From NCBI GenBank assembly GCA_002633005.1, contig NMRA01000085.1, forward strand, positions 975,252 to 1,039,251: 64,000 nt of DNA. The letters are read 5' to 3'. The position numbers and the translations under genes were made by a program. Source of the DNA: Phoronis australis (taxonomy: Eukaryota > Animalia > Phoronida). The notes beneath the pieces were generated by a model. It searched no databases and had not been told where the DNA came from. It was given only the letters and a program-made list of their open reading frames with translations. Positions 1-13,185 of this stretch are shown here, piece after piece (the stretch's first letter is position 1; the number at the start of each line of letters is the position of its first letter).

Positions 1-11
1 GGCCTGGAAAG

Positions 12-509
12 AAGGCCTTTATCCAGGATTTCGAAAATAGGGTGTCCAAAATGGGGTTCCCAATATTCCAGGGCGTCCATGATTTCGGCGCGTAACCCCC
101 CCACCCCCAGCATTTCCCCCAAACACAGATTTTTATAAAAAAATGCACTGACCAAGGTTTTTACATCTAAGTTTACAAAACAGCCTTCTGTGGTGAGCAT
201 TTTTACAAAAAAAAATGTAGACTAAGACTTTTACAATGCTATCAATCAATTGTGAACATAGCAACATTGTATATACTTTGTATATACATTGTATATTTCT
301 TCCTGATTTGAAAAACAAGCCCCCCCCCCCACTGTGAGCTGAGGCAGAGGCTTCCCAGTATTCATTACAATGTGCAAAGAGTCCAAACTTGAAAGGTTCC
401 TATTGACAGTGGGCGTCCAAATGATACATTGTGAGTCCTTGCCAGGGCGTCCATATTAGTGCTAGGGCATCCATTTGGACGCCCAGGACCTACGCTGCAT
501 AAAGGCCTG
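12..509. mobile_element. hAT-like MITE, copy 1
   Basis: Termini (A)AGGCCTTTAT...ATAAAGGCCTG are inverted. Perfect 8-bp TSD CTGGAAAG at 4-11 and 510-517. Homologous to 5275-5836. Confidence 0.85.
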
Positions 510-517
510 CTGGAAAG

Positions 518-915
518 GTCTTTACGCACTCAGGATTTTCGGCAGTGACTGACTATGCAGTTAAAGAAAATCATGCCATAGTCTGGTCTAGTAAACTTCA
601 ATAACAGATTCTAATCTGAAGATCAAGGATTACATCAGTACCAAATTTGAACCAAATAACATGAACAGAGATGAGGGGGGTTACAAGATCAGCTGACTGA
701 CTGACTATGCAGTTAAAGAAAATCATGCCATAGTCTGGTCTAGTAAACTTCAATAACAGATTCTAATCTGAAGATCAAGGATTACATCAGTACCAAATTT
801 GAACCAAATAACATGAACAGAGATGAGGGGGGTTACAAGATCAGCCCTTTGACAAACAGCCTGACAGCAATGATGTACGCTGATGAAGACAGCAGCGACA
901 ATTGGTTGAAGATAA
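518..915 (+). mobile_element. Decayed Penelope-like element 3' fragment (GIY-YIG C-terminus)
   Basis: Translates to SAVTDYAVKENHAIVW and PNNMNRDEGGYKIS, resembling the PLE endonuclease C-terminal motifs SAITDH..ENH.IDW and MNRDEG. Followed by a CTGATGAAGAC hammerhead-like start at ~880. Confidence 0.6.
546..845 (+). repeat. Perfect 152-bp tandem duplication
   Basis: GACTATGCAG starts at 551 and 703; both units end TTACAAGATCAGC (693, 845). Confidence 0.95.
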
Positions 916-1452
916 CTTTTTAATCTGAGGTGATTTTGAATATTTGGACATAAAGACGATATCTTTTGTCATTCATTCATTCACTTTCCTGATAAAGTTC
1001 TTTGCTAAAATAAGCCAAAGTGGGAAGAAAAAAAATTTCAAGACAGTAAATTAAGAAAAAAGAAAGGTATATATACACAGGAAAATAATGGCAGCCAAAT
1101 TTCGGTTGATTTGTAAGATTTTCAAGAAGAAAACTGGAAATCACTGTTTCAGTTTTCTAAATCATCATCTTATTTTCGTTTTATGCAACTTTTGATTTTT
1201 TCATGACAGCAACTCCTGGAAAAGCAGATTCTTTTATTAAAAGCCAATTCCTAACAACATTTTGAAGAACAAAGCACACTATCTGAAAGTTCCATATGAA
1301 TACAAAGAGATTTCAGACATATGATGTTCTAAACTAACCATATTTAGCCAAACAACCTGCATAACCACAAAACCAAAAAATTCCCAGTAAAATGACTCAT
1401 AGTCATGCATTGACATAGCAACTAACTTACAAGTCAACATTACATTAATGGG

Positions 1453-1511
1453 GGCACCCGTTGGCACGGCACCCGTTGCATGGCATCCGTTGGCATGGCA
1501 CCCGTTGGCAT
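1453..1511. repeat. 15-bp minisatellite (GGCACCCGTTGGCAT) x4
   Basis: Four near-identical units are visible directly. Confidence 0.9.
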
Positions 1512-3230
1512 GGGTCAAAATGTGTTTTTTAGGTCGTTACTTAAAATTTCAGGCTGGAACAAAATCAGTGTTTGAGCTTCAGCAAATAAATGTGCTGGCT
1601 TGGCGGGCCACGTACTTGAATATGAGACCACATTCACATGTGCCTATATGTGAAAGTTTACTGGCCCGGCCGCAAATCCACTAGCCCTGGCTACCCTGGT
1701 TTTGTAAAGTTTAATGTCTGTAACTATTAGTTCTAAAGTTTTTTCTAACGGTGTGAAATACTTTCTATTTACTGGCTTTTCTTCAAGTTTTAAAAGCAAG
1801 ACGCAAAAACACTGATCCTGAGATCTGTCAATAGCCAAGGGTAGCTTGTTATTAGCTATGGGTGTGCATTTGAAATCAAAAGTATTGGAAAGTCGAGTGA
1901 GTGTTTACCCGAACAGTCAATTTGGTTTAACACCAGGGTGCTTCATCGATATGTTAACTATATCACTACAAAAAAATTTGAAATAAAGTATGATGATAAA
2001 AGGTACCCAAAGTATACACTTATAAACACAGACAAAACCAAAAATGTACATTTACAAGCAAAAATTCTGAGAGGGGACATCTACGAGACGTTTGTACCTT
2101 TAAATCCGCCAATCAAAAATTAACTCAAAAGGTAACATTTAGCACAAATTTAACAAAAATTTCCAAAATACGTTCATATCAGCACATATCAAGAAGATTC
2201 CTCCGTGCGCCAGACAGTAGACTCAGCCTGTTACATAGTAATCCAGGATCCCTCAGTTACTAGGCTCAGTACATAATGAAAGCCATTGCTATTTACAAAT
2301 ACTGGTAATACAGGTAGTCTTAAAAGACCTGACGTGAAATCACCACATTTACATATTCATAATGAAGCAATGAGGAGATACACAAACTACAACACAAATG
2401 TCTATGACAAGTGAACAGTCAACTCGGAATCGAAACATTATAGCACAATGCATTTACACCACTTAAGAAGTATTTGTGATAAAACCTCACCAATTTTGGA
2501 CAAAACTAATCGTCAAAAATGCGCTTTAATCGTTTTTCCACGGGCTGCTAACAATGTTGTGTGTGCCCACATTTTTTTGAAAATATTTCCTACAGCTGTT
2601 AGCTATGACTCAGATATGTCCAGTGTTCTCCACCAACTGTTTTGACTTGACACCCTAAGGAGGTCATATTATGATATCTACATAATACAAACCATGCTTG
2701 TAATACACTAAACTGGTCCTATTCTTTACTTTTGTGGAAAAACAGAATTTCACTTGCTGGTCATATTGTGTGCTTAGAAAGTGAAGAATCCCCCAATAAA
2801 AGTACAGGTTCACATCTACACACACATAGTACATTCAAGATCCAATAATAGCTACCAGCACTGATTATCTAATACCTTTTGAAAGGTGTCTGCAACTCAT
2901 CCCTCTACTTCAGTTGAAAAATCTAGGGCTCTGGAGCAAACCTAGTGACATAATGCAGGGCTCTGCACTGAGTATAAGGCCATCTTACCAAATGCAACCC
3001 AGCAAACTTCCAAGGTTACCACATGGCAAATGACGCGTGAAAGTCTTGTCTAGTACAAAAGATGATTGGTTGGCAAGAGATTCGAAAATAAGAAAACGGG
3101 TCATTTAAGTTGTAGAGCTAGAGCAATGGGCAAATCTGAGCCAGAACACCCAAAAACAACCGGACAGTGTAATTATCATATTTTTAGGTTGAACGGACAA
3201 TCAGCAGTATATCATCTGCTCGGTGACAGC

Positions 3231-3410
3231 CAATTGACCTATCGCAAGCTCCACCCCTTGCGAAATGTCGACAAGTAAACAATACGTTTTACCTGGCAAC
3301 GTGTTGTTTGTTGGGTAAAATGGCAGCTTGGAAATGAAATTGTGTCAAGAATGCTGCATTCTGATTGGTCAATTAAGCCATCACTCAAAATCCTGGGGAT
3401 AGGTCAATTC
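3231..3410. mobile_element. ~180-bp MITE, copy A
   Basis: Inverted termini CAATTGACCTATC...GATAGGTCAATT. Reverse-complement homolog at 21605-21786. Confidence 0.75.
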
Positions 3411-5274
3411 CCTGCCAGGCCCACTGTCCCATGCCACCGTGGGCTGCGATCCTAGCTTGAGGGAAAGGCAGACGACTAGGGGAAAAGATTGTATGCGTAG
3501 ACATCATGAACGACACAAAAGATTGTATGCATAGACATCATGAATGAGATGTTCTAGTTTTTGCCACACAATTACAACTCCTATCTGTTTACTTGCTGAA
3601 GTATTTTCAGCTCATGCATAAAGAGACTAGATTCTACCAGGTCGCCAAACAAAACCAGTGGTTGTATTGGCAAGCTACAAGTCGCTATATGGATCCCTCT
3701 AACAGAGCACGATCTCTAGACTAGTACTTTGAGCCAAAAATAAAAAGGAAGCAAAGAATAAAAAGGAAATTGCATATTGTGTCATATAATGGGCACTTAT
3801 CCTGAGTCAAAGGCAAGAAGAAAAAATACTTGTGACTGCATACCATTGTTGGAAATATCTCACATTTTAAATACATGAGCAAATAACATTGTTAGGTCTA
3901 CTACCTTGAAATGAATGTTTATGTTTGTTTACGCCAACCAGGCTACATGTACATTCTTTGTCTGAATGACATCAAATCTACATCTGAATCCCCAATAGCT
4001 TGATGCCTTGCCCTTTCAGTTGCAATACACAAGATGGCACCGTGGCAGCCATTTCTGCTTTACAGATCCACAGCTCTGGAGTCTTTTCCGAAATCTTGGC
4101 ATTTGGTAAGTGGATAGCTCATGTCAGAGACAACAAATGAATTAAAGTTCACGGCTGTTTCTCTATGAGTATGACTTGTCACAAAGTTTTCGATTTATTC
4201 ACGATTTACTGACAACGATGTTGCTCACTGACTCGTGGATGCATGATTCAGGCTGTATTTCTTGATAAGTTATTTGCATGTTGATAAGTAATTTGTGTAT
4301 TATTGGCTTTAGTGGTAATGAAGCAGTGATGTCTGATTTTCAATTTATTTATTAATGGAGCCACAGTTCTGTAGTCATTGCAAACATGTCTTTGACAGTT
4401 GACATTTTGATGGCCTTGCTCAGTATAAGCAATGTGCTATGCAATTTATCCAAGTTTGTCAAGATTTTCTGACGACTGTTCTTTTGTTGATTTATAATTC
4501 CTGCTTTCTCAGTTTTGGATTGACTGTCTTTTGTTAGTCCAACGGAGACTACAAGCACTGATGAAGACCATAAATCTAGTAAGCATAACTCTGAGAATGG
4601 ATGATGATTTCCGACCTCTCTGCTAACAACTGGAACACATTTTAATGGCATGCAGCTGGTTTTTAAAACCATCAAAAAAGGCTCCAATATTAACAATGGC
4701 TGCATTTGATTGTTTTCGACAGTTCTACAGGGCCAAGCGGCTACGGCATCTGATTCAGTCTATAAGCCGGAAGTCACCACTGAGAACCAATCAGACATCT
4801 TAGCCAGTTGACCCATCGGAGTCGATCAAGTGTCAATGGCTGTACTGCTTTAAATTAAAGTTAATAACTACAGGCCATAACAAATTGAAGTGTAGCTAGG
4901 TAACAAGGCAGGTACACATGCACTAAAATACATTCGCATTTACAGTACTCAATACTTAGCATAATGTCAACTCACCAAACACAACCTAGCAAAATTTGCA
5001 TGTCGCAAAATGGGAAATGAGGTCGCTCAAACAAGGAAACCTTGAATTCGAGGAGGCAAAAGTTGGCCACAATAAAGGACGCACGATTGGCAACAGTTAA
5101 GAATGAATGGGACATCCATGCATTAAAAACTGGAGCAACTCGGCCAATCTTCATCAAATCTAGAAAACACCTGGTCTTTACAGTCAAACTGAGCATTAAG
5201 AATATGGCTACAATTCTCCAATATGGGACAGTCTCTAGAATATCGGACATAGAAACTCCCGCAAAATTTCGGAC

Positions 5275-5836
5275 CAGGCCCTTATCCGGGATTTCCAAAA
5301 TGGGTTTTCCAATATTCCAGGGGGTCCATGATTCCGACCCATAATCCCCCACCCCCAGAAATCCCCCCAAACACAGAGATTTTTATAAAAAACGCATAGT
5401 CCAAGGTTTTTACATCAAAGTTTACAAAACAGCCTTCTGTAGTGAGCTAAAGACAACTGTGTAGACCAAGACTTTTACAATGCTATCAACCAAGTGTGAG
5501 CGTAGCAACATTGTATATACTTTGTATATACATTGTATGTGTCTTTCTGCTTTGAAAAAAGAGCCACCACTGTGAGTCTTCATAGGCTTCCTAGTAATCA
5601 TTACAATGTGTGTGTGTGTCCAAACTTGAAAGGTTCCTATTGATAGTGGGCATCCAAATGATACATTGGGCGTCCTTGCCAGGGCCAGGGCATCTTTGCC
5701 AGGGCGTCCTTGCCAGGGCGTCCTTGCCAGGGCGTCCTTGCCAGGGCGTCCTTGCCAGGGCGTCCTTGCCAGGGCGTCCATATTAGTTCTAGGGCATCCA
5801 TTTAAACGCCCAGGATGTACGCTGCATAAAGGCCTG
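5275..5836. mobile_element. hAT-like MITE, copy 2, with internal 14-bp minisatellite
   Basis: Termini CAGGCCCTTAT...ATAAAGGCCTG. TSD TTTCGGAC (5267-5274) / TTTTGGAC (5837-5844). About 7 copies of GGGCGTCCTTGCCA at 5668-5780. Confidence 0.85.
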
Positions 5837-6793
5837 TTTTGGACAATGAGTTTTCAATCTACGGAGTGGGTAACTTTGTTTTCTTTCTGGTGAACCTTGA
5901 ATTTAGAACCACCAATATTGCCTCTTTTAAGAATTTGAGACAACTCCTACCAAGAGTTAAATAATAAATTTTTCACTGTACCGCATTGGAGAATTTTTAA
6001 TGAATATCATGGGGTCGGTGATGGCCAATTTTACCCTCAGGCCCAATATTCCATGGAGGCCCAGCCGCGGGCATGTGAGCAGGACTTCGCAGGTCTGGCA
6101 ATGAAGATGTATATCGTAAAATATACCCTTACACCAAGTCTCAGTCATTGTGAAAATCACTCGTATTACCAGTACAGTAACATATAAACTCACGTCAATC
6201 GTCATTCAAGCGTCCACCACCTCTGTCACACAGCCATACGTGCGACTTCCCAACCTCCTGAGGCCAAGCCAAGGCTGAAGTTGAACTGATTGGGTGAAAT
6301 CGCAGACGTTTTTTCGTTTGTACAAAAACGATAAATTCGTGTTAATCAATATACGAGAACATCTTACCTTTATGATACGCTTCTTGTTGAGATTCTATGA
6401 TTTGTGTGGTGAATAGTATAAGAATAAAGCCCAAATCCATTGTAGTTTTCTGGTCGAAACCTTCCCTCATCCCTCACGAATCCATCATTTACTTTTGAAG
6501 CCACGGGGTCTATCGTTTACCTGCGAGACTTGCATCTTCTTAATGCTGTGTCAGGGGCCTACATATTTTCGATCGTTGACTCTCCAAATGATCAATGTTT
6601 AGATAGGTCTCACGTTATGAATATTGACGTTCTGAATTTTCCTAAAAAATATATTTCTGCTAAGTTTTAAGTGTAAAAAAATTTAAAGCTTGTGAATAAA
6701 ATAATCAAAGAGTTAAAAATTACAAAAATGTTATTTTCAGTTGTAAAAAGTCTGTAAAGTTTATTAATCTTAATACCATTTCCAGCCTGTACC

Positions 6794-6820
6794 ATGGAGG
6801 ACGAAGATGTTATTTTTGAG
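6794..6820 (+). CDS. PH-PTB adaptor (IRS/DOK-like), coding exon 1: MEDEDVIFE
   Basis: Strong Kozak context accATGG. Acceptor ttccag at 6785 upstream. Phase-0 donor GAG|gtgcat. Joins exon 2 to give VIFEGSLLK, a typical PH beta1. Confidence 0.7.
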
Positions 6821-7233
6821 GTGCATATCATTCACTTGAAAAGTTTCTATTTTGACTTCTGATCCCAAAATTTGCACAGAACGTTACAGTGTTTCTAAAG
6901 TAAAGTTTAGAAGTAGATCTGTCAATTTTATAGAGTATTACTCTTCTTAAACAGTGTGAACGCTGTGAGTCAGCTTGGCTTCGTTGTTTCACTTCCGCGT
7001 TTCATGTTTCAGTCTTCACCTGACACGTTTTCTTGTTTGCGGTATCTAGAGAACGATAACATCAACAGTCTGAACTGATTTTATTAACTTCAAAAGCATG
7101 GTGTCTTTGGTCTGAACCAGCAGATTTTAAGGTGCGCAAACCGGTCGAATCGCCCAATCTCTACCAGTTTGGTTGTCAACATAGCAGTCTCTGTAATAAG
7201 CAGCATTATTCTTGATTAAGAAACCCATGAGAG

Positions 7234-7870
7234 TGTTTACAATCCGACTCCATTACCGTACATACTTGATACTACTATTTTCTGAATCCTCTAGTCATGG
7301 TGATTCCAAAAATGTATTACTTGTACTGATTGGTCGATTATTATGCACAATTTCAGAGTTTTTCCAAAGCGTTTATTTGCAACGCGGATTTAGTGAAGCA
7401 GCCATTTTTAAAAGTGGGACCCCTGTCGGCAGGATTGATAACTAACGGTTAACCGCGAGATGTCAAGTGTTTTGAAGACGACATTTGTCTGCGAGAACAC
7501 ACACTCTCATGTTTTTTTCTAATGAAGTTCTGAAGAGGAAATCCTTTATAAATGACTATTACTGTTTTTTACTCAGTTTCCTAACATGCCATGCGGTATC
7601 TTCAACATACTAGCAAATTTTGGGGTCTTTTTGACACACGCATGATCATTGTAGTTATCATTCCTGCTGACAGGTGTCGCAGTTTTATAATGGCGGTCAC
7701 TCGAGATCGACTGCCGCAAATGAACACCTCGTAAAAATGGTGAATGCATGAATAAAAAGAGCCTAATCAGTACGAATAATACATTTTGGAATCACCATGA
7801 TCACCCTGACGAGAGAATTCAGAAAATATTAATATCAAGTATGTACGTTAATGGAGTCGGATTGTAAACA
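7234..7870. mobile_element. MITE with ~100-bp terminal inverted repeats
   Basis: TGTTTACAATCCGACTCCATT..GTACATACTTGATA.. at the left is mirrored by ..TATCAAGTATGTACGTTAATGGAGTCGGATTGTAAACA at the right. Confidence 0.8.
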
Positions 7871-9233
7871 ATAACCCCCATGATAAACACATTAGGGCAA
7901 CTACAGTATTTTTAAATTTTTGTTTCGAAAGTTTGTAAATAGCATTTTTGAAAAGTTTGTGAAAATCACACATTATTAGGTTTCTAATTCTGAAAATTGG
8001 ACATGAATATTGTGACTTCTACAGCCTAAGACGTTCATATGATCACAACCAGCAGTTGGAAATAGTAATAAGACAAGTGTCATATAATTCTGAGCATGAA
8101 AGTTTGGCTTGTTTACAAGAAAGTACTTTTTTAAACAAATTACAACAACAAGTCTACCTAGAAGTCACACCTGACATTATATAGTTTGCATGTACTTTTA
8201 ATGTCTGATGTGTGTGGTGAAAATGAAACATTAGCGATAGGTGCTATTTTTTGGACAAAACTATAAAAAAGCCATTAGAATATTTGCCCGCACTGCTGCC
8301 ATGTGTACTTTGTCAATGGACACAAACTGCAGTTGACAGAAATCTTCGATCGGGAACACTGATCTAGGTTCTTCTGTGTTAGCAGGGCAATGCCTGCAGA
8401 AGCGATGACTTCATGTCATTAAAATACTGAATGAAAGAAATTAAACTAAACACAATAAGTATTATTTACCAAAAAAACATAGTTAAAAACCTTTGGTACC
8501 CCTCGATGAAAGAAGATCCACTGGGCTTTGGTAACAAGGGCATGTAATTAGTATTATGACTTGTGAGCTTCTGGCAGTTCTAGACTAGGTTGTGATAGGA
8601 TCTTGGAAACCGATTTCATGTGGAGTTGAATTTGCATTGGGTATATTTGTAATACTATTTACAGTGTGAACTTCTGCAGAGGTATATCAATACTCAACAC
8701 CTAACATCATGTCATATTAGCATATATATGTGGCCTTGTAAAATACCCTGGTCACCAAATGGGGACTGAAGCATGGGCGGTGCACCATAGGGGTCTTGGT
8801 ATAGCCCCCCACTTTTTTCAGTGCTGCGCCACCCATGTTAGGTTGCCAAGATGAGAAAACCTTACATGTGGGCTGCAAAAGTTTTGGCCAACACAAAAAC
8901 GCATGGTTGGCAATAGTCAAATAAGAAGAAACGGGACATCTATACTGAAAAGTCAGGCAACTTGACAAATCTCTGTGGCATTGTCCAGAAAACATCCGGT
9001 TGGGTTTTTTAAATAACTGTGAAAAATTCTAACTTGATGTGGCCGGCAGCAACCAATTTCTCCTTCAGGAACACTATTGTGTGGTGGCCTAGATCTTACT
9101 AGTAAAGAGGATTAGAATATGCAGGCAATCAGGACACAATGATTGTGCTTGTGTCATGGAAGGGTTTTTCTGGCTGGTTTTTACCAAGCGACGCTGACTC
9201 CTTTCCATTTACCTCCTGCTGTCTTTTGAGAAA

Positions 9234-9795
9234 TGTGGTCGTGAAATCCTTAGGCCCAAAAGGATGAACGCGAGCACGAGTTACGTTGAAAAACTGTATT
9301 TCGTTCGTAAACTTGTAGTTGCTCGTTTCAACTGTAACATTCAAAAAGCGTTCTATAAGACAATTGAACAATGTGTTGGTCGTTTACAAAGTTACAATAC
9401 TAATATTTAACATTGCACACATTCTTATTCAAACAATGTCAAATTACTTGAGGCAATGGAAATTAAAAGTACGGAATACGCATTACAATTATGTTAAAAG
9501 TTCTGACTATGTAACAAAACTAGGTACAATGTACGGCGGCAATTTGCGGCATGAATCACAATGAAACTGGAATATACTAAATTCATCGATAAGGACGTTG
9601 AAATACGAATGAGCCAAATTGGTGCATTACAGCTATAAACCATGGTCTGTCAAACAGTCTTACATATGCAAAGTTCTATTGAAGAATTAGTCACAGGGAA
9701 AATGGATGCTGTAGAAGCTGCATAGCAAAAACGTAAACCACCAACAGATGGCGAATAAAGTCAAACTACTTACACAGAATGCGTCTGCACTTACA
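9234..9795 (-). repeat. BEL/Pao 3' LTR (562 bp)
   Basis: Bounded by the TSD and the PPT. 9417-9795 aligns with 12813-13185. Confidence 0.85.
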
Positions 9796-12700
9796 CTCCG
9801 CCCTCGGCAATTCGTTGCTGAACAAATACTAACTTATAAAAATAATACAAATCAACTACACCATCAGTCAAAAAGCAAACATTTACAAACGGAAAGTCAA
9901 AGTTCTGTCATCTGTATCTTAAGACTCTCACAGTCTGTACAACACCGAAAGAATCCGGTTCCACAGCTATAGCACGACCCATGTCCCAGTGGTTTCTTGG
10001 CTTATTCTCGTTCATCAGAAGCACGACATCTCCGACTTGCAGGTTTCTTCTTGGCGTTAACCACTTCTGACGTTTCTGCAAATTCAAAAGATATTCACGT
10101 CTCCACCGGACCCAAAACTGCTCCACGAGATATTGCAAACGTTTCCATCGTTTACGGCAATATAAGTCGGCATCTACAAACTGTCCGGATGGTGACTAAA
10201 CTATCAACTTCAGTGTCAACAGGTGACTCGGGGTTAAAAGTTCTTGATCACCAGGAGTGTCAGATATTGATGTCAGAGGACACGCTGTCATTAGTCACAC
10301 CAGGCTTGTTCGGTCCACAGCTTTCTAAGGTGTTCACTTATGCAGTGAAGTATTTACGCTGCATGTATTTTAGGATGTAGAGCCCAGCTAAGTAGAGGTC
10401 CTCCACACTTATTGGCTCCGCCCCATGGGACACAGTACCGTGACGTCTTTTGAGGAGAACCTTACGAAGTTTCAGATAATGAACCACAGCTCCGCAAAGA
10501 CGGTGCCAATCTGAAAAATAGTTAATAAGGTTATCAAGTGGCAAACATGTAGAATGGGTAGAAACATATGTCACTGCGGTGTTGGCGGTCGTGGTATCTC
10601 GTGCTTGATCGAACACAGATGGTTGGTCTACCCATTCGTTATTGGGCTGCCACAAAAATTGAGATCCATTCAACCAACTACTATCAGCATTACACTTCTT
10701 AGCCGTAACACCTCAATATCGGTCGGATTACTGGGAGTGTCCACAAACTTCCACTGGCTCGGGTTTCAAAAATGTTTGATGACCTGTACCCTGTTCGCCA
10801 TGAACATCGGAAATCTCTTAGATTCTGAACTTAGAAAATGAAGTGCTGTCATTGAGTCTGTATGATACGATGGAATCTTGGAGTTCTTTCTAGCTGGTCG
10901 AATAACATCTCCCCAAGTGGACAGAGATATTGGCTGAGGTAAGCTCAAGTTGTGGGATCATCGTCGACTTTATCGGCGTCATTCTAAATTTCTCCATTAA
11001 AAGTGAACAGTGTATGCTGCCTTCAACATTGGTAAGGTGAAGATAAGCACATGACGCGTAACCCATGTTACTTGCGTCAGAGAACACATGAACCTGACTA
11101 GATGCAACTGGACCAAAACTGTCAGGCTTCAAGCAGCGCTGAACCTTCAGGCGTTCCAGACACGGAAGCGCTTGTAACCATTGTTGCCAGCACATCCGCT
11201 GCTGATCAGGTATGTTGTCATCACAACCAAACGACTGTAATTTGCAGAGATCCTGCAGAATCTTCTTTGCCTGAAGTATCACTGGAGCAACAATACCTGA
11301 GGGATCGTATACAGAAGAAACCATTGAAAGAATACCCCTTCTCGTAAACGGTTTAGAGCTGAGCGTGGTTGAGAAACCAAGTTCGTCTGAAGAAACGAAC
11401 CACTGTACTCCGAGGGCACGCTCAATACCAAGGTCACCATAATTCATACTCACAGCATGACCAACTTTAGAACGTTCTATTTCAGGAATTGACTGCAAAA
11501 CTTCATGACTTTTGCTCAAAAACTTGGGAAGACGAAAACCTCCTAAAGCACGAAGTTCATTTACAAGCTCCACAGTGCCATCTTCAGTGGAAACAGATTT
11601 AAGGCAGTCATTGACATAAGTTTGGACAAATAGTTCCGGCATTCCATTAAAGTTTCCGTTGGGCCACAACAGAAACCTCACGAAATTCAATGTTCATACT
11701 GACCACAGCTACAGGCTCTTCTCTGAAACGAGGTTAACATAGCAACAAGAGAATGAATTAAATCAAGGCAACATAACAAGCTGTCATTGAGAGAAGTGAC
11801 GTTGTATCTGGCACTGTAATGGAAAATCACTCTAATCTTTCCACTCTTCTTAGGGTGGTAAACGCCATGGTGGGTAAGGTACCAAACATGCCCAGTCAGC
11901 ATATCACATGTTTTGACTTCTCTGGTGTACCCTTTCTCAAGAACAGAATTCATGATATCTACATAATCTTGGTGATATTGTTCGGACTTGATCATCTTTC
12001 TCCGTTGCCACAGTAACCTTTGAAGTGCTTGATCACTATTGTTCGGCATGGAGACATTACTTTTTCGGAAAGGCAAGAGCACTTCGTAGTGGCCATCTTT
12101 TAGTTGAATGCCAGTTTCCACAATTTCGAAAAATTATCGATCTTCATAAGATGAGCCTTTTCTGTCAGGAAATGCTGAGATGCTATCACAGAAATCCTGC
12201 TTAAACATTTTCAGGACAGTTGTAGAAGAGATAGGTGTACTGCCGCTGATTGACATCTGTACTAATTCTCTAACACTAATTTGGTGCAAATCAAACTGTA
12301 ACATGTCGTAGCTTCCATGGGTCCATTGACCGTGCACCCATGCTTCAGTAGAACACCATACGGACCTCCATCTACTGTCGATGTCACATCACGCGGCTTA
12401 AGTGCTTCCAGGCAACTGAAAGTCCAATCTCTAGCTCAAGGAAGTACTCTGGAACTTTAGTGGCTAGGTCAGCAAGATGAAGAAACTGCCTCAATACACC
12501 TGGGCGGGAATCTGCTCACGGCTAACGGAGATCTCTAGTCTGCTGTAAGCCTTCAGCAACCTAACAGCATTTTCTCAGCACGCGTCACTCACGATTAATC
12601 CTTCGACGACCTTAGAGGAGATGATGTCACGTCCGTGCATCGTATGTATTTGCAGGTTAGCCTCATAGTACATCGCAGTAAGTCTATCGGGAAAATGTTC

Positions 12701-12812
12701 TTTGATGAAGCATGCACTGCTGCCATTGTCATAAAAGGCTTAGGTGTTAATTGTTTTACCAACACCTTGTTGCATTTGCACTGGTAATATAGACGGTAGA
12801 ACAGATGTGGTT

Positions 12813-13185
12813 ACATACTTATTCAAACAACGCCAAACTACTTGAGGCAACGGAAATTAAAGGTACAGAATGCGCGTTACAATTACGCTGAAGTTCTATG
12901 TAACAAAACTAGGTACAATATACTTACACCAATTTGTGGCATCAATCACGACGAAACTGGAATATACTAAACTCGTCGGTAAGGACATTGAAATACGAAT
13001 GAGCCAGATTGGCGTGTTACAGCTATAAACCATGGTCTTCCAAACAGTCTTACATATGCACAATTCTATTGAAGAATTAGTCATGTGGAAAATGGATGCT
13101 GTAGAAGCTGCATAGCAAAAACGTAAACCACCAACAGATGGTGAATAAAGTCAAACTACTGACACTTAGTGGGCCGGCACTTACA
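12813..13185 (-). repeat. BEL/Pao 5' LTR, truncated
   Basis: Diverged direct repeat of 9417-9795; abuts protease-coding sequence directly. Confidence 0.85.

Larger units (their letters stand above)
9234..13185 (-). mobile_element. Decayed, internally deleted BEL/Pao LTR retrotransposon
   Basis: 5-bp TSD AGAAA at 9229-9233 and 13186-13190. TG...CA ends. PPT-like GAGGGCGGAG next to the 3' LTR. Frameshifted pol pieces: protease AFYDNGS (~12715-12735), RT WYLTHHGVYHPKKSGKIRVIF, Pao RNase H HVFSDASNMGYASCAY, post-integrase QFWVRWRREYL. Confidence 0.92.

Noticed and set aside
870-915. Functional hammerhead ribozyme
   Set aside because: CTGATGA is present but stem II and the GAAA box are decayed; kept only as supporting evidence for a PLE remnant.
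4352-4705. 117-aa minus-strand ORF
   Set aside because: No recognisable domain or convincing splice context.
5422-5893. Repetitive ORFs (DALARTPWQGRPGK)n on both strands
   Set aside because: Translation of the 14-bp minisatellite inside a MITE.
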